Assembly: GCA_045541355.1 (NCBI GenBank)
Contig: JAZQIW010000116.1
Coordinates: forward strand, 1-60,954
DNA length: 60,954 nucleotides
DNA from: Eubacteriales bacterium
GTDB lineage: Bacteria; Bacillota; Clostridia; Oscillospirales; CAG-382
Direction of reading: 5' to 3'
Each line of letters opens with the position of its first letter. Within the stretch, counting starts at the first letter, position 1. The position numbers were made by a program, and so were the translations under genes. A model generated the notes under the pieces. The model was not told where the DNA came from, made no database searches, and saw only the letters and a list, made by a program, of their open reading frames with translations. Positions 54,257 through 60,954 of this stretch are shown here, piece after piece.

Positions 54257-55680
54257 TGGAAGCACAAAAAAGAACGGCTGATGAAAACACGGCGGATATA
54301 AGAAATCAGGAAAAGTATGCCGTAAGAGTAAGAGAGCTTGTTAAACGTAATTATAATAATCCAAAGGTGTATATTGCAACCTTCGGATGCCAGCAGAACG
54401 AAGCCGACAGTGAACGCCTTATGGGTACGGCGCTGTCCTTGGGCTATGAGAGGGCAGAGTCGATGCAAGATGCTGACCTTGTCATATTTAACACCTGTGC
54501 CGTAAGAGAACACGCCGAGCTCAGAGCTCTTTCAAAAACGGGACAGCTCAGACATCTTAAGCAAAAGAATAAAAAAATGCTTATCGGTCTGTGGGGCTGT
54601 ATGGTAAGCCGTGAAAACAGGGTTGAGGATATAAAGCATAAGTACCCGTATGTTGATTTTGTGGCAGGCACGAATATGCTTCACAGACTTGCCGAAATAC
54701 TGTGCGATGTCATGGAGAATGACAGACGGAGATACTATGTGGATACTCTTGATTATTCGATAGTTGAAGGAATACCCGTGTTCAGACAGGACAAAATAAA
54801 GGCATATGTATCGGTAATGTACGGATGTAATAATTTCTGTACATACTGTATCGTTCCTTATGTCAGGGGAAGGGAAAGAAGCAGAAATAAGGACTGTATT
54901 CTTGAAGAAGTAAAGGGACTTGTGCAAGCAGGCTATAAGGAAATAACCCTTCTCGGGCAGAATGTCAATTCCTACGGAAAGGATTTGAGTACGGAATACG
55001 GTTTTGCCGAGCTTGTGGAGGATATCTGTAAAATCGAGGGCGATTTCGTTCTGAGATTTATGACAAGCCATCCCAAAGACGTGTCGGATAAGCTGATTGA
55101 GACTATTGCGAAAAATCCAAAGGTTGAGCGTCATTTCCACCTGCCCGTTCAGTCGGGTTCATCAAGAATCCTTAAGGAAATGAACAGAAAATATACCAAA
55201 GAGCAGTATCTCGAAACGGTAGAAAAGCTGAGACGTGCCGTTCCGGACATTGTGATTACAACGGATATTATCGTAGGCTTTCCCGGTGAGACAAGGGAGG
55301 ATTTTGAAGAAACTCTCGATATGGTAAGAAGGGTAAGGTACGATTCTATTTTCTCGTTTATCTATTCTCCGAGACCCGGAACACCCGCAAGCAGCTTTCA
55401 GGATGTGACAAGTCAGGAGGAAAAGACAGAGCGTATGACATCTCTGCTTTCGCTGCATAGGGAAAATATTACGGCAATAAACAGTGAATATGTCGGGAAA
55501 ACCGTGCGTGTTCTGTGCGAGCAGACAGAGGATGAGAGGGGATTTTTCACGGGAAGAACCTCATCCGCAAAGCTCTGTAAATTTGAAAGCGGAAATAAGG
55601 ATATCGTCGGAAAATTCGTCGATGTGAAAATAGATGCCTACGGAGAATCTCTCCTTAAGGGCAAAGTAATTGAAAGGTGA
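54256..55680 (+). CDS. miaB: tRNA-2-methylthio-N6-dimethylallyladenosine synthase
   Basis: TFGCQQN, NTCAVRE, radical SAM CNNFCTYC, HLPVQSGS, C-terminal TRAM domain. Confidence 0.96.
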   Translation: MEAQKRTADENTADIRNQEKYAVRVRELVKRNYNNPKVYIATFGCQQNEADSERLMGTALSLGYERAESMQDADLVIFNTCAVREHAELRALSKTGQLRHLKQKNKKMLIGLWGCMVSRENRVEDIKHKYPYVDFVAGTNMLHRLAEILCDVMENDRRRYYVDTLDYSIVEGIPVFRQDKIKAYVSVMYGCNNFCTYCIVPYVRGRERSRNKDCILEEVKGLVQAGYKEITLLGQNVNSYGKDLSTEYGFAELVEDICKIEGDFVLRFMTSHPKDVSDKLIETIAKNPKVERHFHLPVQSGSSRILKEMNRKYTKEQYLETVEKLRRAVPDIVITTDIIVGFPGETREDFEETLDMVRRVRYDSIFSFIYSPRPGTPASSFQDVTSQEEKTERMTSLLSLHRENITAINSEYVGKTVRVLCEQTEDERGFFTGRTSSAKLCKFESGNKDIVGKFVDVKIDAYGESLLKGKVIER

Positions 55681-55688
55681 TTGTGAAT

Positions 55689-56123
55689 ATGAATGAACTT
55701 ATGAAGCTGGCAAGAGAATTGGGCGAAAAGCTTGCCGAAAGCAATGAATATAAGAATTTCTGCGAAACAAGGGATAAGTGTAAGGCGAATCCTACTCTTA
55801 AAGCAAAGCTTGAGGAGTTTAAGGTTCAGAAAAAGGTGTATGATATCGAGAGCGCAAAAGGCGAAGAAAATGATATGCAGCTTCTCGATGCTGTTTCCGC
55901 AAGAATGGAAACCCTTTACTCAGAGATTACCTCTCATCCCGAAATGAAGGAATATAATAAGGCTGAGGAAACACTTAATATTCTTCTCAATGCAATCAAT
56001 ATGACAATAACCTCTTATATCACTCCCGAAACCCTCACCTCCGAAAAGGAGTATGATGATTTTGAGGACGGTCAGGAGGGCGGCTGTACCCATAATTGCA
56101 GCACCTGTAAGGGCTGTCATTAA
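55689..56123 (+). CDS. YlbF/YmcA (Ric)-family regulator with a C-terminal Cys motif
   Basis: LARELGEKLAESNEY helical N-terminus; sits between miaB and mutS as ymcA does in B. subtilis; tail CTHNCSTCKGCH. Confidence 0.8.
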   Translation: MNELMKLARELGEKLAESNEYKNFCETRDKCKANPTLKAKLEEFKVQKKVYDIESAKGEENDMQLLDAVSARMETLYSEITSHPEMKEYNKAEETLNILLNAINMTITSYITPETLTSEKEYDDFEDGQEGGCTHNCSTCKGCH

Positions 56124-56161
56124 GCCCTGTATTAAAAAAACAGAAAAGGACAGGTAAGAAA

Positions 56162-58768
56162 ATGCCCTATACCCCCATGATGCTTCAATATCTTGAAGTA
56201 AAGGAAAAGTATAAAGACGAAATACTCTTCTACCGTCTCGGTGACTTTTACGAGATGTTTTTTGATGATGCAAAAATCGTATCCCGCGAGCTTGAACTGA
56301 CGCTGACGGGAAAGAGCTGCGGCATGGAGGAAAGAGCACCCATGTGCGGTGTTCCTTATCATAGTGCGGAAACGTATATTGCAAGACTTGTCAAAAAAGG
56401 TTATACAGTTGTTGTCTGCGAGCAGGCAGAGGATCCGGCAACGGCAAAGGGGCTTGTAAGACGTGAAGTGTCAAGAATTATAACCCCCGGCACCGTTACC
56501 GAAAGCACCATGCTTCAGGATGGGAAGAATAACTATCTTTGCTCCCTTTATATCTCAGGCTCCGTATGCGGTCTTTGCTTTGCGGATGTTTCGACCGCAA
56601 AGATATTTGTAACTCAGATTACCGACGGTGAAATCAATAAAAGGGTAATAAATGAGCTTGCCACGTATAGCCCGAGTGAGATTATAACAAATGCCGACAG
56701 AGACGGTGTTAAGGAAATATATTCTTATATACGCGAAAGACTCGGCTCTGTTTTCAATGACCGGGCGCAGAATCTGTTTTCATCGGGAGCCTACGGCTAT
56801 GTGTGTGAGCATTTCGGAAAGGATGAGCTTGACAAGGCCTTCCTGAATGAAAACTCTCCCGCAGTGGATGCGGTGGCGGCACTTCTTAAGTATATTGCCG
56901 AGACTCAGAAGGTGGATTTGTCCTATCTCAATAAGCTTGAAAGCTATGATAATAATGCATATCTCGGTATTGATGTAAATACCCGAAGAAATCTTGAGCT
57001 TTGCGAAACAATGAGAAGTCGCGAAAAGAAGGGAACGCTTCTCTGGGTGCTTGATAAAACCAAAACGGCAATGGGTGCAAGACTTCTGCGTAAGTGGATT
57101 GAGATGCCTCTTGTGAGCTGTAATGAAATTCTGCGCAGACAGGGTGCTGTCAAGGAGCTGTATAATAACTATATTGCCAAGGAAGAGCTGCAGCATCTTC
57201 TCGGCGAAATCGGTGACCTTGAAAGGCTTATGACAAGGGTTGTGTATAATACAACAGGCGGCAAGGACATGAAGGCGATTGAGCAGTCGATAAAGGTTAT
57301 ACATCCCATAAAGGAAATACTTTCAAAGCTTGGCAGCGAGGAGCTTTCGCACCTTGATAATAACCTTGATATGCTTTCGGATATTGCACAGTATATACAA
57401 AATGCCATTGATGATGACCCGCCGTTTTCCATAAGAGAGGGCGGATTCATAAAAGAAGGCTTTTCGGCAGAGGCGGATGAGCTGAGGGCGATGATGAATG
57501 ACGGCCACTCGTGGATGGCGAAAATCGAACAGTCCGAAAGAGAGCTTACGGGAATAAAGAACCTCAAGGTCGGCTATAACAGAGTGTTCGGCTACTATAT
57601 TGAGGTTACAAATTCCTTTAAGGACATGGTGCCCGACAGCTATGTCAGAAAGCAGACGCTGACGGGAGCCGAACGCTATATTACCCAAGAGCTCAAGGAA
57701 ATGGAAACCAAGGTGCTGGGAGCAAAGGAAAGACTCGTGGCACTTGAATATGAGCTGTTCCAGCAGCTTCGTGAATATGTTGCGGATAATCTGCAAAGGG
57801 TGCAGAAAACGGCAATTGCTCTGTCTGAGCTTGATGTGTATGTTTCCCTTGCAGACGTTGCAAAAAAGAATAACTATACCTGCCCTGAGGTTGACAGCTC
57901 CGATGTTATAGACCTTGTAGATTCAAGACACCCCGTGGTGGAAAAGTTTATGAAGAACGAAATGTTTGTTCCAAATGACGTGCATTTTGATGAAAACAGG
58001 AGACTTCTTCTCATAACCGGTCCCAACATGGCAGGTAAAAGTACATATATGAGACAGACGGCGCTTATTGTAATTATGGCACAGATGGGCTCATTTGTTC
58101 CTGCAAGAAGCGCGAGAATAGGTATTGTTGATAAGGTGTTTACCCGAATAGGTGCATCGGATGACTTGGCGCAAGGACAGTCAACCTTTATGCTGGAAAT
58201 GTCTGAGTGTGCGTATATTTTAAAGAACGCCACAAAAAGAAGCCTTGTTGTGTACGATGAAATAGGCAGAGGAACCTCAACCTATGACGGCATGAGTATT
58301 GCAAGGGCGATTGTGGAGTATACGGTAAGCAAGAAGCTTTATGCAAAAACCATGTTTGCCACTCATTACCATGAGCTGACGGAACTCGGCGATGTGTGCA
58401 GGGGTGTTGCGAATTTCAATATCGTTGCCAAAAAACGCGGTGATGACCTCATATTTCTCAGAAAGATTGTGGAGGGTGCTGCTGACAGAAGCTACGGTAT
58501 AGAGGTGGCAAAGCTTGCAGGCGTTCCGAAATCCATTGTTGACAGGGCGAATGATATCCTTAGGGAGATTGAAGAAAAGCATAATGTAACTCCCGTAAAG
58601 AGTCAGGTGCCTAAAATGAAGATAACAGAGGATTATAGCTCAACAATGTCTCTTGAAAGCATGGAGCAGGAAAAGGTAATTGATGAGATAAAAAGTATAG
58701 ATATAAATACGCTTACTCCCATAGAAGCCTTGACAAAGCTGTATGAATGGCGTAAAATGTTGGAGTAG
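56162..58768 (+). CDS. mutS: DNA mismatch repair protein MutS
   Basis: TPMMLQY, GDFYEMF, TGPNMAGKST, DEIGRGT, FATHY. Confidence 0.98.
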   Translation: MPYTPMMLQYLEVKEKYKDEILFYRLGDFYEMFFDDAKIVSRELELTLTGKSCGMEERAPMCGVPYHSAETYIARLVKKGYTVVVCEQAEDPATAKGLVRREVSRIITPGTVTESTMLQDGKNNYLCSLYISGSVCGLCFADVSTAKIFVTQITDGEINKRVINELATYSPSEIITNADRDGVKEIYSYIRERLGSVFNDRAQNLFSSGAYGYVCEHFGKDELDKAFLNENSPAVDAVAALLKYIAETQKVDLSYLNKLESYDNNAYLGIDVNTRRNLELCETMRSREKKGTLLWVLDKTKTAMGARLLRKWIEMPLVSCNEILRRQGAVKELYNNYIAKEELQHLLGEIGDLERLMTRVVYNTTGGKDMKAIEQSIKVIHPIKEILSKLGSEELSHLDNNLDMLSDIAQYIQNAIDDDPPFSIREGGFIKEGFSAEADELRAMMNDGHSWMAKIEQSERELTGIKNLKVGYNRVFGYYIEVTNSFKDMVPDSYVRKQTLTGAERYITQELKEMETKVLGAKERLVALEYELFQQLREYVADNLQRVQKTAIALSELDVYVSLADVAKKNNYTCPEVDSSDVIDLVDSRHPVVEKFMKNEMFVPNDVHFDENRRLLLITGPNMAGKSTYMRQTALIVIMAQMGSFVPARSARIGIVDKVFTRIGASDDLAQGQSTFMLEMSECAYILKNATKRSLVVYDEIGRGTSTYDGMSIARAIVEYTVSKKLYAKTMFATHYHELTELGDVCRGVANFNIVAKKRGDDLIFLRKIVEGAADRSYGIEVAKLAGVPKSIVDRANDILREIEEKHNVTPVKSQVPKMKITEDYSSTMSLESMEQEKVIDEIKSIDINTLTPIEALTKLYEWRKMLE

Positions 58769-58811
58769 GTATTTGATAAAATAAGATTTGAGAAAGGGAT
58801 GGTGAATCAGA

Positions 58812-58904
58812 ATGAGTACCGATGGGCGAAGTTGCACGTACAATCATATACATAGCAGACATGACGTATTCTTCTTGATTCGCGCTCCTTTTTTGCGTAG
58901 GTAA
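58812..58904 (+). CDS. Putative 30-aa leader peptide of mgtE (MSTDGRSCTYNHIHSRHDVFFLIRAPFLRR)
   Basis: SD-like AAAGGGATGGTGA ending 6 nt before ATG 58812; TAA at 58902-58904; overlaps the alternative RNA stems. Confidence 0.5.
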   Translation: MSTDGRSCTYNHIHSRHDVFFLIRAPFLRR

Positions 58905-59000
58905 AGAATAATACGTGTATTGTCTGCCGCCGTCATGCCTTTTTCAGGTGACGGCGGTATGCTTTTGTCTTGCAGCCTTACCAAAAAATACAGTAAGGAG
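58855..59000 (+). promoter_or_regulatory. Attenuator-like leader of mgtE
   Basis: Stem 58855-58876/58904-58927; terminator-like GCCGCCGTCA/TGACGGCGGT (58926-58958); alternative CATGACG/CGTCATG pairing; CCTTAC/GTAAGG hairpin over the RBS. Confidence 0.6.
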
Positions 59001-59011
59001 ACGATACGTTT

Positions 59012-60382
59012 ATGAGAGAGAATCTCGAATTGTTCTTTGAACAGATGAACGAGCTTTTTGAAGCGAAAAGCTATAAAAAAATGCGTGAGCTTATAGAGGA
59101 TACACCCGAAGCGGATACGGCAGAGTATATGCAGACTCTTGAAGCTAAAAACGCACTTATTGTTATGAAGATAATGCCAAAAGACCTTGCAGCAGATGTT
59201 TTCAGCTACATTGAATCGGATTTTCAAGAGGAAATCGTGGGACTTGCCTCGGATGAGGAAATCAAAAAGCTCATAGAAGAGCTCAGTACCGATGATGCTG
59301 TTGATATGCTTGAGGAAATGCCGGCAAACCTTGTGCAGAAGGTTCTTCGTAATGCAACTGCAAATACCAGAGCCGAAATCAACAGATTTCTCAACTATCC
59401 CGAGGAAAGCGTCGGGAGTATAATGACCAGCGAATATACAAGCCTTAAGGCAAATATGACCGTAGGCGAGGCGATTGAGTATATCAGAAAGGTTTCGTAC
59501 CATAAGGAAACGGTATATACCTGTTATGTTCTTGGTGCAAGACGTACCCTTGAGGGTGTGCTTGAGCTTTCGGATATTCTCGGCTGCAGAGATGATGAAG
59601 AGCTGGTAGAAAACCTGATGGAAACAAATGTAATAAAGGTTGAAACCCATGATGATAGGGAGGAAGCGGTAAGGCTTACGCAGAAGTATGACCTTTTTTC
59701 ACTTCCCGTTGTTGACAGCGAAAACAGAATTGTCGGAATAGTTACCGTCGATGATGCCATGGATGTCATTGAAGAAGAAGCGACAAGGGATATCGAGCAA
59801 ATGGCGGCGATTGTTCCTACCGAAACGCCTTATCTGAAAACAAGTACACTTTCCCATGTAAAGGCGCGTTTTCCGTGGCTGTTTGTGCTCATGCTTGCAG
59901 GAATGCTAAACGGAGTAATACTTGGTAAATACGAAATGGCAATATCGGCATTACCCTTGCTTGTTACGTTTATGCCGATGCTTACGGGTACAGGCGGTAA
60001 TTCCGGCTCTCAGACAACTGCAACGGTAATCCGCGCAATGACACTTGATGAAATATCCTTGAAGGATTCGTTCAGAGTTATGTGGAAGGAAATAAGGGTA
60101 GCGCTGACAATCGGCGTGATCTTCGGCGTTCTTAATTTTGCAAGGATTTACTTTTTTACAAGTGACCCCGATAGGGTGGGTGTAGGACTTGTCCTCGGAC
60201 TTGCCATGATTTTTACTATTTTTATGGCAAAAACCCTCGGCGCATTCCTGCCTCTGTTGGCAAAAAGCTTAAAGCTTGACCCCGCAGTTGTGGCATCTCC
60301 CATGATTACAACAATAGTTGATGTGGTTTCACTCATGTTCTACTTTAACCTTGCCATAGTAATTCTTGGACATAGAATGTAA
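59012..60382 (+). CDS. mgtE: Magnesium transporter MgtE
   Basis: MgtE_N, two CBS domains (GIVTVDD), RFPWL, GGNSGSQ, DPAVVASPMITTIVD. Confidence 0.96.
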   Translation: MRENLELFFEQMNELFEAKSYKKMRELIEDTPEADTAEYMQTLEAKNALIVMKIMPKDLAADVFSYIESDFQEEIVGLASDEEIKKLIEELSTDDAVDMLEEMPANLVQKVLRNATANTRAEINRFLNYPEESVGSIMTSEYTSLKANMTVGEAIEYIRKVSYHKETVYTCYVLGARRTLEGVLELSDILGCRDDEELVENLMETNVIKVETHDDREEAVRLTQKYDLFSLPVVDSENRIVGIVTVDDAMDVIEEEATRDIEQMAAIVPTETPYLKTSTLSHVKARFPWLFVLMLAGMLNGVILGKYEMAISALPLLVTFMPMLTGTGGNSGSQTTATVIRAMTLDEISLKDSFRVMWKEIRVALTIGVIFGVLNFARIYFFTSDPDRVGVGLVLGLAMIFTIFMAKTLGAFLPLLAKSLKLDPAVVASPMITTIVDVVSLMFYFNLAIVILGHRM

Positions 60383-60392
60383 AATGTATTTT

Positions 60393-60420
60393 GATGCACC
60401 GCCTTTTGGCGGTGCATCTT
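60393..60420 (+). terminator. mgtE terminator-like hairpin
   Basis: GATGCACCGCC-TTTT-GGCGGTGCATC followed by TT. Confidence 0.75.
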
Positions 60421-60445
60421 GCTTCCCTTGCGGGAAGTCTCCGCA

Positions 60446-60954
60446 GGCAATTTCGCGGGTCGAGCCGGCTCGACACCCAACATCGCGGTCACGTTCTGCA
60501 AACCCAAATAACATCCCCCGCGATAGAAAACGTCGCTTGACCGCCATAAATCCAAGCGGTCAACCGATTAAAACCCAATTAGCACAACCCCAAATGGAGG
60601 GAGTTAAGCCCCCACGGGTCGAGACGGCTCGACACCCAACATCGCGGTCACGTTCTGCAAACCCAAATAACATCGCCCGCGATAGAAAACGTCGCTTGAC
60701 CGCCATAAATCCAAGCGGTCAACCGATTAAAACCCAATTAGCACAACCCCAAATGGAGGGTGTTAAGCCACCACGGCGAAAGAGGGAGATTCAGCGGAGC
60801 GTCGGGCGGGGATGCCCCCGCTGGCAATTTCGCGGTCATGTTCTGCAAACTAAAACAACATCGCCCGCGATAGAAAACGTCGCTTGACCGCCATAAATCC
60901 AAGCGGTCAACCGATTAAAACCCAATTAGCACAACCCCAAATGGAGGGTGTTAA
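60446..60954. repeat. Tandem array of 159-bp palindrome-rich non-coding units running off the window end
   Basis: Units start at 60456 and 60615 (period 159); a third partial unit starts at 60830; internal inverted repeats GGGTCGAG/CTCGACACCC, ATCGCGG/CCGCGAT and TTGACCGC/GCGGTCAA. Confidence 0.9.

Noticed and set aside
58799-58855. Alternative leader ORF MVNQNEYRWAKLHVQSYT
   Set aside because: The purine-rich tract abuts the ATG with no spacing, so the ORF at 58812 has the better SD. Not fully excluded.
58769-59011. M-box (ykoK) riboswitch upstream of mgtE
   Set aside because: The conserved M-box segments (such as UAGGUGAGGCU and CUAAAGCU) are not visible. An Infernal search is needed to exclude it formally.
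60366-60887. 173-aa ORF with an internal repeat
   Set aside because: It is a translation of the 159-bp palindromic repeat (a multiple of 3), overlaps the mgtE stop and terminator, and has no RBS.
60446-60954. CRISPR array
   Set aside because: Repeat units are about 159 bp, there are no unique constant-length spacers, and there are no cas genes.

Overview
Chromosomal, mostly core-genome region of a spore-forming, SLH-rich Bacillota (Clostridia-like) bacterium; the lineage is inferred from gene content, not from a search. There are about 45 CDS and one tRNA-Val(GAC). Housekeeping genes include gap, hprK, ftsH-tilS-dnaB-rplI, uppP-ftsK, purF, a class A PBP, alr, nnr, htrA, pfkA, hslO-miaB-mutS and mgtE. 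Also present are four SLH proteins, an ECF sigma/ZAS anti-sigma pair, genes with sporulation-sigma-like promoters, and three tandem orphan solute-binding lipoproteins. I saw no integrase, transposase, CRISPR array or rRNA. Best leads: (1) an unannotated 30-codon leader ORF with alternative RNA pairings in front of mgtE; (2) an XRE repressor paired with a membrane-anchored ImmA/IrrE-like protein that has lost its HExxH zinc ligands; (3) the three SBPs, each with its own promoter and terminator, a conserved scaffold and local variable patches; (4) matching ECF-type promoters in front of the anti-sigma gene and a distant SLH protein; (5) two non-coding hairpin-rich repeat elements. Many start codons were moved from the ORF track to RBS-supported positions. 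All family calls come from motif recognition by eye.
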